Shown: in pieces, positions 1 to 10,172 of the stretch
Layout: the number at the start of each line of letters is the position of its first letter
Position numbering within the stretch: the first letter of the stretch is position 1
IMG/VR virus record: IMGVR_UViG_3300025870_000008
Location: 1 to 64,000 of that record
Source: a virus
Length of the DNA stretch: 64,000 nt
Strand: one strand, 5' to 3'
The notes under the pieces: model-generated
Database searches by the model: none
What the model saw: only the letters and a program-made list of their open reading frames with translations
What the model was told of the DNA's origin: nothing
Program-made: the position numbers and the translations under genes

Positions 1-214
1 TCCATTATTATTCGGTACTTGAATTAATTCTTACAGAATGGGCAGACAATAAGGATTTAATTGATATAGCAAAGTTTCTTAAAGAAAGACTTGACACTCA
101 ATAATCGCATGATAAAAGATGCAAAATCTTTGTTTAACTATATAAACACAAACTTTTTATTAAAAAACCATCACAATGCTTGACATATCATGCAAATTAG
201 CCTAGTTTAAAAAT

Positions 215-439
215 ATGAAAAAATTTAGATTATCAATAACAGAAGAGATCGGTGGATATATCGAAGTAAATGCGCAGGATTCAACTGACGCAGAAACTCT
301 CGTTCAAGACTTATTGGATGAGTATGGTGCAGATAGATTGTTTTATCCAATACTCGAAGATAAAGAAGAATTAGGGAAATATCATACTCGCCACACTCAT
401 GGTGATAGGGGAGTTTTTAGTTGTGAGGAAATAAAATGA
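215..439 (+). CDS. hypothetical early phage protein
   Basis: 74-aa ORF directly after TTGACA-17-TAGTTT promoter. Confidence 0.7.
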   Translation: MKKFRLSITEEIGGYIEVNAQDSTDAETLVQDLLDEYGADRLFYPILEDKEELGKYHTRHTHGDRGVFSCEEIK

Positions 440-449
440 AATTACCAAC

Positions 450-632
450 ATGATTATACATAAACAAGACGTCACAAACTTAGAAGACATTCTTAAATTC
501 TTACAAGATTATATTCTTAGCGAGGATTTAGCAGAAAAATATACAGAACTTGAATTGGAATGGTTGAAATTATCCGTTTCTCAATTTGAGATGTTTAAAG
601 AAAGAGTTAGAGAGGAGTATTTAAACACATGA
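450..632 (+). CDS. hypothetical protein
   Basis: ORF in tightly packed run with ATGA overlaps. Confidence 0.65.
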   Translation: MIIHKQDVTNLEDILKFLQDYILSEDLAEKYTELELEWLKLSVSQFEMFKERVREEYLNT

Positions 633-895
633 AACAACCAATATACGATGGCGCAAACGAAGATGAGTGCGAATATTATGATAATGTAATCATGGAATTA
701 CCAACATACGAAGAGTACATAAAAGATATGTCTTTAGAGGATCAAATCAAATTCTATTATGATGTTGACATTGACAACTTTATAGGTGATCCTTGGAAGA
801 TTGTCGCAGAAATGGCAGAAGATTGCCCTAATTTTCTTAATAATTTTCGCACAGAATTTGAAGAATATTTAAGAGAAAGAGAATACATAAAATGA
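629..895 (+). CDS. hypothetical acidic protein
   Basis: ATGA overlap with neighbours; D/E-rich. Confidence 0.7.
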   Translation: MKQPIYDGANEDECEYYDNVIMELPTYEEYIKDMSLEDQIKFYYDVDIDNFIGDPWKIVAEMAEDCPNFLNNFRTEFEEYLREREYIK

Positions 896-1119
896 AAGTG
901 CAAAAAGTATGGAATATTGAGCCACAAAAAATGTTAGATTATATTCTTCAAGCAGACAAATCAAATGGTTTGCACAAAGAAGGAGATTATACTCCTGCGT
1001 TTTATGTTGGAAAAGATTTAGAGTACATTCGTGAAGTTTATGAAGACTACAATGGTCTTGATAGTCTTACCGAAGCAGAGCAAATAGAGAACGGATATTA
1101 TAGATTGGAGATAGCATGA
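892..1119 (+). CDS. hypothetical protein
   Basis: ATGA-coupled ORF. Confidence 0.7.
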   Translation: MKVQKVWNIEPQKMLDYILQADKSNGLHKEGDYTPAFYVGKDLEYIREVYEDYNGLDSLTEAEQIENGYYRLEIA

Positions 1120-1346
1120 AAGAATTGAAGGAAAAATTAAATCAAATTATTAATAAACAAATTGAGCTTGCAAATAAATATGGTTCAAATACACTATCTA
1201 CTTGTGACCATTATAATTGGGATAAAGATATTTGGAATCATAGACATTCTATCGTTGACAAGTTAATTGACTTAGGTTTTAATGTTGATAGTCAAATGAA
1301 TCATGGAGTATTAGATATAACAATAACTGCAAATTTAGAATTATGA
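1116..1346 (+). CDS. hypothetical protein
   Basis: ATGA-coupled ORF, GGAG upstream. Confidence 0.7.
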   Translation: MKELKEKLNQIINKQIELANKYGSNTLSTCDHYNWDKDIWNHRHSIVDKLIDLGFNVDSQMNHGVLDITITANLEL

Positions 1347-1549
1347 AAGTAACAAGCATAAGATATTTTGAAACTAATAAAGGTTTAGTTGGTTATCAAT
1401 GTAAAACTGATGTAAATGGCGTCGAAATATGTAACGATGGCGTAGGTGGAGCAACCTATTTAGATGGAGCATTTAAATACACAAAAAATTTCGAGCATTT
1501 ATCTGAATGGCAACTAGAAGAATTGATTGACAAATATGAAAGACTATAA
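1343..1549 (+). CDS. hypothetical phage protein
   Basis: ATGA-coupled ORF with NDGxGG motif. Confidence 0.7.
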   Translation: MKVTSIRYFETNKGLVGYQCKTDVNGVEICNDGVGGATYLDGAFKYTKNFEHLSEWQLEELIDKYERL

Positions 1550-1730
1550 TATTCAATTAGGTTTAACTCACGAAGACATAATGTTATTATTGAGTGGAGA
1601 AATTAATACATTTAACTTTGTACCAACAGAAGATACAGATTACAATGATCGTATCTCTGTATCAATTAGGGAAGTAGACGAAGATACTCCATTATCAGAA
1701 TCCATGAATTTAAGTGTTGACAATGGATAG
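1536..1730 (+). CDS. hypothetical acidic protein (paralog of next ORF)
   Basis: ATG at 1536; YNIQLGLTHEDIMLLLSGEI resembles next ORF. Confidence 0.65.
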   Translation: MKDYNIQLGLTHEDIMLLLSGEINTFNFVPTEDTDYNDRISVSIREVDEDTPLSESMNLSVDNG

Positions 1731-1923
1731 TTATCAATACAATATAGTTATTGACTTAGATAAGAATGAATTAAATGATTTATTATATGGAGAAATAGAA
1801 ATAGATAAAGAATATTTATCAATAGAAGAAGATAAATCAATTAAAATTAAAGTTAATTTAAAATACAAAGAGATTGAAGATTGGTCAGATAATAATGTTG
1901 ACAATGATAAAAAAAATGTTTAA
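1723..1923 (+). CDS. hypothetical acidic protein
   Basis: ATG at 1723; YNIVIDLDKNELNDLLYGEI. Confidence 0.6.
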   Translation: MDSYQYNIVIDLDKNELNDLLYGEIEIDKEYLSIEEDKSIKIKVNLKYKEIEDWSDNNVDNDKKNV

Positions 1924-1932
1924 GGTGCAAAT

Positions 1933-2127
1933 ATGAATGATACAGAAGAGGTAGTTTACCACAAAGATCAAATGTCTCTTGATTTTAATTGGGAAGAAAT
2001 TGATAACGAATTAATTAAACGAGAAGCAACTCTTGCAGTTGAATGTGGCGATTTTGATAATTGGGATAATGCTTATGAAACCTTATGGGATACATGGGAA
2101 GATTCATCCTTGACAGGCATGAGTTAA
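1933..2127 (+). CDS. hypothetical acidic protein
   Basis: ORF after TTGACA promoter. Confidence 0.65.
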   Translation: MNDTEEVVYHKDQMSLDFNWEEIDNELIKREATLAVECGDFDNWDNAYETLWDTWEDSSLTGMS

Positions 2128-2185
2128 TACGTTTAATATATCGACATATTAATAAAATACGTTTACAAAAGGGGGAAATATCGAC

Positions 2186-2416
2186 ATGAATTACATCACA
2201 GAAAAAATTAGTTTTAATGTTCCACAAAATGGTGGATTCCAATATAGATTTTATGAGTGCGCCGATCAAATAGCAGATTTGATAGATATGTATTTTGGTA
2301 TTCAAATAGAAGATGTGAGTGGAATAACAGATTTAATTGATGATGAAATTAAAATTGCTCAAGATAAGCAAGCACAATATAATAGATTAGATAATATAAA
2401 TGGGGGAAGCAAATAG
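2186..2416 (+). CDS. hypothetical protein
   Basis: 76-aa ORF with purine-rich RBS. Confidence 0.6.
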   Translation: MNYITEKISFNVPQNGGFQYRFYECADQIADLIDMYFGIQIEDVSGITDLIDDEIKIAQDKQAQYNRLDNINGGSK

Positions 2417-2560
2417 AAATAAAATATAATTATTTAAAATTATATAAAGAGTTAAAATAATTTTTAGAAAATTATTTCTTTCATATATAAAAAAAGTGTT
2501 GACATACGAACAACGTCTGTCATACTAGGAACATAATTCAATCACAAACAAGGAAAAAAA

Positions 2561-4876
2561 ATGATTATCGCAGAAAAAACCAAGGAACAAGTAGTACAAT
2601 CTCACGACTTTGAACAAGTCAACTGCACGATAGATGCAGAAGATATGAGATATGTTGCTAGTCTTTTAAGAAACAATTATTCCAACACACAACTTGCAGT
2701 TGTACGTGAGATAAGTGCCAATGCACTCGATGCGAATAAAGAAGCAAATTCTACTCGCCCTATCGAGATCAAGTTGCCAACCAAACTTAATCCCACATTT
2801 AGTGTGCGCGATTTCGGGGGTGGACTTAGCGAGGAAGATGTTTTTGGTCTTTACTCTAAGTATGGTAAGTCAACCAAACGTGAATCTAACAATTACATTG
2901 GCGCGTTCGGTATTGGCAAGTTTGCTCCATTATCTTATGGTGACAACTTTACTTGTGTTTCTTATCATGGTGGAATAAAGAAATCTTACAATGTATTTGT
3001 CAATGATGATGACGATACAAAGATTGCAAAGTTGTTTGAAGAACCAAGCAACGAACCAACAGGTTTATCTATTGAAGTTGCAGTTGCAGATAGTGACTTA
3101 ACTAATTTCAGAGGAATTGTAATGAAGTTCTTTCGTTTCTTTGACGATTCAGAAATGCCAAAGTTTATTGGTTTTGAGGAAAACGAGGCGGTTGTCAAGC
3201 CTAAAAATTCCCTTGAGAGCGATAAAGGTAATTGGTTTGTAACTGAAGATGATGGTGGACACAATTATTATTACAATAGTAAAGCTCATATTGTTATGGG
3301 TAGAGTTGTATATCCTCTTGATCCCGAAGCGATAAATGTAGACAATTTCATTTCAAATGAAAAATCATGTCGCATTGTTAAGGAAATGATTAAAGAAGGT
3401 AATTTCTATCTTCGTATGCCAATCGGTTCTATTAAACTTCACCACTCACGTGAAGCATTAGAATACAATAAGTCAACACAAAAAGCATTGTGTCGAGCAT
3501 TGTTTGTGGCAAGTGAAGATATTCTTGAAATTGCCAAGCTCAAACTTGCAGATAGCGCCGACTTATTTGAAGCAAAAGTAAATCATGCTAGAATTGTAAA
3601 TAGTTTGAATCGTTCTTTGCGCAATTTATTTGACAATGCTTTTGAGTGGAATGGTGTAAAAATTAATAATGCTCGATTTAATCGTGATTACGATAGGCAT
3701 GATGATCTTATTCTTACTCAAATGAGCAAAGAAAAAGATGATGATTCTCGCAATGGTTACAGAGTTAAAAGTCAAAAAGTGTCAAGCATATATTGTCAAG
3801 AAGATGGTGTTTTTATGATTCAAAACATTGCTTCTGCTCATGGCAACAATCTACGTGCTAGAACAATTTTCAACGAGAATGAGCATATCAATCAAGTTTA
3901 TGTCATTTATCCTGTTAACGATGAAGGTTGGGATTACATCAATCAAGAGTGGGATTTTAATTTGATTGCAGATGAACACAAGTTATTCTCTGATAATGTA
4001 GAGAAAGAAAAACTTGTTCGCAATAAAGTTAGCAATGGTGCTAGTCGCGCATCAATTCCATTATTCAAAATGAAGCACGATACTAGGCATCTTTATCGCA
4101 ATGCAGATTATTGGGCAAATTGCAACGATCCAATCAATTCATTGGAAGCAGGTGAGATCGAAGGTTCAGTAGAAGGTAAACTTATATATGTTCCAATCAC
4201 TCGTTTTACTATTGACCAAGATTTGGTTGAAGGTTGGGATTTAGATAGAGTTGCTTCAACTGCAAAGTTTATTCGTAAGGAAGCTGAAGAAGATTCTGAG
4301 TTAAGTAAATTTACCATCATGGGTGTTCGCAAGGGTGATGTAAAGAAACTTGGTGATAATTGGATTTCTTGGCTTGACTTTTTATTAGATCACTACAAGC
4401 AAATCATTGAGGACAATATGGCAGATATGACTGATTGCTACATCAGAAACTCTATTAGTAGTGCAGAACATGAAAAAACCACTAAAATTGTAGATATATT
4501 AAATGCTCATCATGGCATTTTAACTTGCGACCAAATTGATTGGAGTAAATTTGCAGACGATCATTTGCTTCTTACTACACGTTCGTACAAACGTGTTATG
4601 GATTCCGCTAGAATCGACAATCATTACAATAAACTCAAGTTTGTTGCTCATCACGATGCAAAATGGTTGGAAGAAAAATTCAGTTCAGTAAAAGTTGACA
4701 TTGATAGCGTTGTTTCTAATGCAGAAAAATTTGTATCAAATTACCCTCATCTTTCGATGCTTAATGATGCTTACCATAATTACAACAAACGTCAGCACCA
4801 CACACATGGTGACATGACAACCAAAATTCAAGATTATATTTCCTTGTGTGATAATCAAAAGGAAGAGGGGGAGTGA
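2561..4876 (+). CDS. rIIA: RIIA-like protein with N-terminal GHKL ATPase domain
   Basis: YSN..AVVREISANALDA, VRDFGGGLS, STKRESNNYIGAFGIG motifs; followed by rIIB-like gene. Confidence 0.9.
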   Translation: MIIAEKTKEQVVQSHDFEQVNCTIDAEDMRYVASLLRNNYSNTQLAVVREISANALDANKEANSTRPIEIKLPTKLNPTFSVRDFGGGLSEEDVFGLYSKYGKSTKRESNNYIGAFGIGKFAPLSYGDNFTCVSYHGGIKKSYNVFVNDDDDTKIAKLFEEPSNEPTGLSIEVAVADSDLTNFRGIVMKFFRFFDDSEMPKFIGFEENEAVVKPKNSLESDKGNWFVTEDDGGHNYYYNSKAHIVMGRVVYPLDPEAINVDNFISNEKSCRIVKEMIKEGNFYLRMPIGSIKLHHSREALEYNKSTQKALCRALFVASEDILEIAKLKLADSADLFEAKVNHARIVNSLNRSLRNLFDNAFEWNGVKINNARFNRDYDRHDDLILTQMSKEKDDDSRNGYRVKSQKVSSIYCQEDGVFMIQNIASAHGNNLRARTIFNENEHINQVYVIYPVNDEGWDYINQEWDFNLIADEHKLFSDNVEKEKLVRNKVSNGASRASIPLFKMKHDTRHLYRNADYWANCNDPINSLEAGEIEGSVEGKLIYVPITRFTIDQDLVEGWDLDRVASTAKFIRKEAEEDSELSKFTIMGVRKGDVKKLGDNWISWLDFLLDHYKQIIEDNMADMTDCYIRNSISSAEHEKTTKIVDILNAHHGILTCDQIDWSKFADDHLLLTTRSYKRVMDSARIDNHYNKLKFVAHHDAKWLEEKFSSVKVDIDSVVSNAEKFVSNYPHLSMLNDAYHNYNKRQHHTHGDMTTKIQDYISLCDNQKEEGE

Positions 4877-4890
4877 TTGCTCCCTCTTCC
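4861..4890 (+). terminator. hairpin at rIIA end (terminator or processing stem)
   Basis: GGAAGAGGG...CCCTCTTCC inverted repeat; weak U-tract. Confidence 0.4.
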
Positions 4891-4971
4891 TAATCTTTAA
4901 AAAAAAACATTGACAATACATAGAAAAAATTCTATACTACTATTATAATAATTAAAACAGGAGAACATAAA

Positions 4972-6174
4972 ATGAGCAACATACCATATATTCTAAGCGA
5001 AAATTCACTTACCATCTTTCTTGATGGTAAACCTCACACACTTCGTAAAGATCATGCGAACTTTCATCTTGCTAGAAAAGCGATTCTCAATGGGGAAACT
5101 GATAAACTTGGTGATCTTGTTGATATTCAACGTGCGGTTGAAGATTTCGTTCAAGGCGACATTGAAGTCAAAGATGAAGTTATTTATTACAAAGGTCATC
5201 GTTTGCATGGTGTTGTGGTAGACAAATTGCTTGAAATGCTTCGTGCAGGTTTAAAAGATTCTGCACCAATCACTAATTTTATTGCACGATTGCAAGCCAA
5301 TCCAAGTGCTAATAGTGTTGCAGAATTGTACACATTCTTGGGGTACAAAAATTTACCAACAACTGCTGAGGGTAAATGCCTTGGTTATAAAGGTGTTCGA
5401 GGTGATTATTGGAGTTCAACAGGTAATGCAGATACCATTGTTGTCCAAGGCGAAACCAATGAACATTATCAAATTCTCAATGAGGTTGATGCAACTATCG
5501 AAGTTGCACGTCGTTGTGTGGATGATAACAAAGACAATCATTGTTCTTTCGGTCTTCATGTTGGTAGTTATGATTATGCCAATGATTGGGCGGGAGAAAA
5601 TGGCAGATTACTTGTTGTAGAGTTTGATCCTGCTGATGCAGTTTCAGTTCCAACTGATTGTGGTTTTCAAAAACTTCGCGTTTCTAAGTATAAGGTGATA
5701 TCTGATATTACTGACACTAGAAAAGAGTTAAATAGACCTGTCTACGAGGCTAATAAGCCTATTTACGGATCAGATACAGATGATGAATTTGTCGATGATG
5801 AAGATTATGATGATTCTGACGATGATTTTGTCGATCAAGATGATTGGAATGACGATCCCGAAGATTCAGAATCTGAAGATAATTGGGTCAAAGTTGATGA
5901 AAATGTATTGGATGAAGACGATGAAGAATTAGATACTTATGATCTTGTAAAACTTTCTGTTGAAAAATACATAAGAAAGAAACATGATAAAGATGTGAAC
6001 CCAACAATCAAAAACATTGCGGATTTAAGAATTTGTAAAGAAAATAGTTTTGGAGTTAAAAGAGTTGTAGAGCTTGTTGGTGAAATTTATGGAGTTAGAT
6101 TGGATAATAGATATGCTTCTAATCTTCTTCCGTTAGGGGCAAAACAAGTTGTGTCTAATGACGTACCTTTTTAA
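4972..6174 (+). CDS. rIIB: RIIB-like protein
   Basis: YKGVR.DY, CSFGLHVGSYDYA, DPADAVSVPTD..QKLRV motifs; acidic linker; adjacent to rIIA. Confidence 0.9.
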   Translation: MSNIPYILSENSLTIFLDGKPHTLRKDHANFHLARKAILNGETDKLGDLVDIQRAVEDFVQGDIEVKDEVIYYKGHRLHGVVVDKLLEMLRAGLKDSAPITNFIARLQANPSANSVAELYTFLGYKNLPTTAEGKCLGYKGVRGDYWSSTGNADTIVVQGETNEHYQILNEVDATIEVARRCVDDNKDNHCSFGLHVGSYDYANDWAGENGRLLVVEFDPADAVSVPTDCGFQKLRVSKYKVISDITDTRKELNRPVYEANKPIYGSDTDDEFVDDEDYDDSDDDFVDQDDWNDDPEDSESEDNWVKVDENVLDEDDEELDTYDLVKLSVEKYIRKKHDKDVNPTIKNIADLRICKENSFGVKRVVELVGEIYGVRLDNRYASNLLPLGAKQVVSNDVPF

Positions 6175-6944
6175 TTATGTTAAAAAATAAAAATAAAAAT
6201 AAAAATATTGCAAAAGATTCAAAAGATAGCAATAATGATTATAAACAAATTTTTGCTAATCCGATGAAAACATATTCAGATAAAGAAGTAAAAGCAATAA
6301 ATGTTTACCTCAAAAATCTACAAAAGAAAAAGAGGAATTAGTTGACTTTTTCTCCTATGGGTATTGTGGCGAGGGTTTCTCATTCTTCCTTTGGTTAATT
6401 TCATCACCCGATTCGTAACCACATAAAAGCGAATCGCTCTTTATAATTTCAAGCAACCCTTGAAAATCGCGTTCCACACAACAAAACGATAGTTTCAAAT
6501 AGTTTTTACTTTATTCTTGCTTCTATTATCATTATCCATTAGTATATATAACATAATACAATATATATAGAGAGAGAATATAAGAGATAATATAACAAAT
6601 CACACAAGAAATAATAATTTATATTGAAATTTACTATAATAATAATATTATGAATGTAGAGTACGCGAATTAATTATCTCCAAATAAAATGCAAATTAAA
6701 ATATTAGAAAAAATAAAAAATATAGTTAAGCCTAAAATAAAGCAAAATAAAAAAAATAATTACAAACAAAATTTAGTTGAATATGAACGAAATAAATATG
6801 GTTTTATTTCAGTTAAAAATAAACAAAAATAAAAAATTATAATTAAAAATAAAATAAATAACAATAAAATATAATAATTTACAAAAATAAAATATTGAAT
6901 TAAATTCGGGCGAAATAATTGAAATAAAAAAAAGAGTAAATAAT

Positions 6945-7157
6945 ATGAACGCGGGAGAGCAAAGTGTTGAGTTTATCGAAAAACAAATGGACAAAAATTT
7001 TAGTCAAATAACGTCCGAAATGATTGTTGAAGATATGTATTGGATAGAAACAGAAATTGGCGCTCGTTGTGTTGCCAAAATGTATAACTTAGATAAAAAG
7101 AAAAAAAAATTAAATAATTTATTTGTTTTATTTCCGCCTTTTATCCCTATCGACTAA
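6945..7157 (+). CDS. hypothetical protein
   Basis: 70-aa ORF. Confidence 0.45.
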   Translation: MNAGEQSVEFIEKQMDKNFSQITSEMIVEDMYWIETEIGARCVAKMYNLDKKKKKLNNLFVLFPPFIPID

Positions 7158-7319
7158 CCTCTCGTAGTGCTTATATCGCTCGTCACTCATATTTGTTAAT
7201 AAGTACCAAGCATACTCTTTAATTCTTGCATACCTTTTTTCGGGGCATCCTGTTGTCCAATAAAAAGCATTGGAAGACAATAAATCTCTAATAATATAAT
7301 TATGTATTTCCCTATTCAT
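7128..7319 (-). CDS. hypothetical protein, possibly late-expressed
   Basis: 63-aa ORF with GTGTA motif 12 nt upstream, as in late-region genes. Confidence 0.55.
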   Translation of the reverse strand: MNREIHNYIIRDLLSSNAFYWTTGCPEKRYARIKEYAWYLLTNMSDERYKHYERLVDRDKRRK

Positions 7320-7464
7320 CCCAATATATTGTACACTATTAAAATAATAACGCCGAAAATAAAATGTAATAAATTTTAAATAAATATAATAAAATAATTT
7401 TAATTGACATGATTACTTGTTTCCGCTAAGATAGTGAAATAATCAAATCAACAGGAGGAAAAAT

Positions 7465-7764
7465 ATGAGTACCGCAAAGGAAATAAACAATAGACTAGAT
7501 GAGTTGCTAAATCTTCGCGCTGAAATAAAGCGCATAAACAATGATCTTGAGGATGGGCAAGTTCTAAATAATGTTGAAGATGGAACTAAGACAAATAAAG
7601 AAGGAGTTATAAAGATTGCCGAGGCAATGATAGATCAAATTAAAAATGATTTAAATAAAATAACAAATAATGGTAAGAATGTAACAGGGTTATATAATAA
7701 CGAGTATTATGTAAATGATATGATACAAGACAAAATAATTGTAGAAAATAATTTATTAAATTAA
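7465..7764 (+). CDS. hypothetical protein
   Basis: TTGACA promoter and AGGAGG RBS. Confidence 0.75.
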   Translation: MSTAKEINNRLDELLNLRAEIKRINNDLEDGQVLNNVEDGTKTNKEGVIKIAEAMIDQIKNDLNKITNNGKNVTGLYNNEYYVNDMIQDKIIVENNLLN

Positions 7765-7819
7765 TTAAATTATAATTTTATATTTGACAAATAATATTTT
7801 ATACATTAGATATATTAAC

Positions 7820-8038
7820 ATGATAGTAAAAGTAATAGAAAATCCCAATATAAAAGGTTGGTTTCAAATATTCCAACTTGATATGTTAATTGATGAAATA
7901 AGAAGTCAGTCGTTGGCAATGAGGAAAGCCCAACGTATTGCAAGAAAAAATGGTTGCAGTAATTTTTCGCTTGAAAAAGATGGACGAGAGAAATTAATTA
8001 ATGCAAATACCTTGACATCAACACTTGACTCCATATAG
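7820..8038 (+). CDS. hypothetical protein (paralog of 21184..21351)
   Basis: ATG at 7820 after TTGACA at 7785. Confidence 0.65.
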   Translation: MIVKVIENPNIKGWFQIFQLDMLIDEIRSQSLAMRKAQRIARKNGCSNFSLEKDGREKLINANTLTSTLDSI

Positions 8039-8046
8039 TAGGTAGT

Positions 8047-8304
8047 ATGAAAGAAATTAAAAATATAGCTAAACAACTCAACATCAACAATGCAGGTCTA
8101 TTCGATTCAAAAGAAGAAATGTATGATAAATTAACTTCAAAAGAAATTACTTTAATTAATTTAGTTAAAGCTGAAGAGTTTGTAGAAGATTTATATCGCT
8201 CGACCACTTCTGAAACTAACGCTAAGTTGTTTCCGCCCGAACAATCTTTCTTTAAATTGAAAGAAATTCTAAGAGAATGCAGGTTATTGCAAAAAGGGGG
8301 TTGA
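8047..8304 (+). CDS. hypothetical protein
   Basis: ORF after TTGACA promoter. Confidence 0.65.
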   Translation: MKEIKNIAKQLNINNAGLFDSKEEMYDKLTSKEITLINLVKAEEFVEDLYRSTTSETNAKLFPPEQSFFKLKEILRECRLLQKGG

Positions 8305-8368
8305 CATTACTTCTTAGCTCAACTATGGTAGTCTTATATTAATCACCAATCACAACAAAAGGAAAATT

Positions 8369-8566
8369 ATGAATATCGCAAAATGTGCTCAAGCAACCGC
8401 AATTATGAACAACGTCCGCAATGGAAACTATGTAAGGGGTATGAAGTTTGCAAACTTTGGATCAGTAACAGAAGATAGTTTAATAGCTCAACAAAAAGAA
8501 GCGGACAGAAGATTGCGCGAAATACAAGCATTGCGAGCAAAACAAAAAGTTGCTAAATTTGTATGA
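8369..8566 (+). CDS. hypothetical protein
   Basis: promoter plus AAGGA RBS. Confidence 0.65.
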   Translation: MNIAKCAQATAIMNNVRNGNYVRGMKFANFGSVTEDSLIAQQKEADRRLREIQALRAKQKVAKFV

Positions 8567-9204
8567 AATATTTTATTTTATTTTTAGCTTCGTTTGTTTC
8601 TAGTTATGGAAATAAATTTATGCAACATCTTATTAATCCTTGGTATACAACCCAAGATTTAGATGAAAAAAGAGAAATTGGTAATAAAATTATTAACTTA
8701 ATGCATAAACATAATTATGGCAAAATCGGCAGGGATGGAATTAGATATAATGATGGAGGATGGTCGAAGGCGATCACCCTCAACCTTAGACAATTCGACA
8801 AAATAAATAAACCATTTAATCTAAAACTAAAAACAATAGATGGCAGAGTATACAATACGAAAGATCATTTAGGTAAAATAGTTTTTATTGATTTTTTTGC
8901 CACTTTCTGCAGTCCATGCAAAATAAACACAAATAATCTTATTAAAATAAAAGATAAATACGAAGACGAAGTATCTGTGTTGATAATATCAACAGATAGA
9001 AATAAAAATAATATAATTCAATATCAATCTCAATTAAAACATAAATTTGCAACCCATTTCGACTCAAAAGGTAGAAATAATAAATATAGTAAAGAATGGG
9101 GGGCAACTCTTGGAACTATATATATTATAAATAAAGATGGAACATTGCATGATATACATGGACACAAAAATATTTTTCATAAAGTTGAAAAACTTATACT
9201 ATAA
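8563..9204 (+). CDS. TlpA/ResA-like thioredoxin-fold protein
   Basis: GKIVFIDFFATFCSPCK CxxC motif, IYIINKDG; hydrophobic N-terminus. Confidence 0.8.
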   Translation: MKYFILFLASFVSSYGNKFMQHLINPWYTTQDLDEKREIGNKIINLMHKHNYGKIGRDGIRYNDGGWSKAITLNLRQFDKINKPFNLKLKTIDGRVYNTKDHLGKIVFIDFFATFCSPCKINTNNLIKIKDKYEDEVSVLIISTDRNKNNIIQYQSQLKHKFATHFDSKGRNNKYSKEWGATLGTIYIINKDGTLHDIHGHKNIFHKVEKLIL

Positions 9205-9337
9205 TATATAATATATAATATATAAAATGAAATGTAAATAATACTTGACAAATAACCAAATAAATAGTATTATATATACATAATCAAAATTGAGAACCAA
9301 ACTCAAGTAAATAAAATAAATTGATCTTTTACATTTT

Positions 9338-9675
9338 AATTTGAGCCTAGTCTAATCTCGCAAGAGAAGGGAATCATCGTTTAAATGCCTAAGCTAGACT
9401 CAATTCATTTTAATTCCTACAAGTAGCTAACATTAATCTTAGCGGACAAATAAAACTATTTGTAGGAAAACTTTGGAAGGGCTTATAATCCTTCCTGTGG
9501 GTGACTGAAATAACCTGTTGTGAGCGGGTTAAGGTATACGATTCTCTGTGGTGGAGTACCGATGGGCAAATGTCTGAGGTAGGATTTTCCCAATCCAATT
9601 GTAGTACGAGTAGGCACATAATGAACTAATGTTCACACCGAAAGTTGGGAGTATGTAGTAATCTCCCCCCACATC
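9338..9675 (+). ncRNA. candidate structured non-coding RNA
   Basis: No good ORF; promoter at 9246; many stems with G-U pairs and a GCAA tetraloop; terminator downstream. Confidence 0.5.
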
Positions 9676-9697
9676 TATTTCTCCTATCCCACCCCTC

Positions 9698-9740
9698 GCC
9701 CGTTCTCAGTTACTCCTTTTGTGCTGAGAGCGGGCTTTTT
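9698..9740 (+). terminator. rho-independent terminator
   Basis: GCCCGTTCTCAG-loop-CTGAGAGCGGGC followed by TTTTT. Confidence 0.8.
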
Positions 9741-9777
9741 ATTTGACACGGTAGGGAAACTAGACTAGTATACCATC

Positions 9778-10068
9778 ATGAATACATTATTAAAGATATT
9801 ATCGAAAGACCAATTTGGTTTTGTTACTAAAAACGACCTTGATATTCTTGAGGAGGAAATGCCTAATTTACCATTACTACTTCGTTTTGGGTGCGGACGC
9901 AAAGTTATTCAGTCGTATCAAGTTCGTGCAGCTGTTGAAAGCACTGAGCGAGACGGCGATTATCTTCGTGATGTTTCTATCGCTAGCCAAACTATAGATG
10001 AGATGGCCAAGTCTCCCTTTATACCTTTTGCTGTTAAACAAGCAATTGAGAATATGAGGTCTTGGTAA
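9778..10068 (+). CDS. hypothetical protein
   Basis: TTGACA-17-TAGTAT-6-ATG. Confidence 0.75.
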   Translation: MNTLLKILSKDQFGFVTKNDLDILEEEMPNLPLLLRFGCGRKVIQSYQVRAAVESTERDGDYLRDVSIASQTIDEMAKSPFIPFAVKQAIENMRSW

Positions 10069-10172
10069 TAGAATTTTCACACACGGGATCATTATGAACC
10101 CTTAACACAATAACTATATGGAGATTATAATATGTTTATCAATATACCTAGGACTCAAATTACTTTTAGATT

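Noticed and set aside
9410-9619. Minus-strand 69-aa ORF in the candidate ncRNA
   Set aside because: No promoter or RBS, atypical composition, and the flanking signals are on the plus strand.
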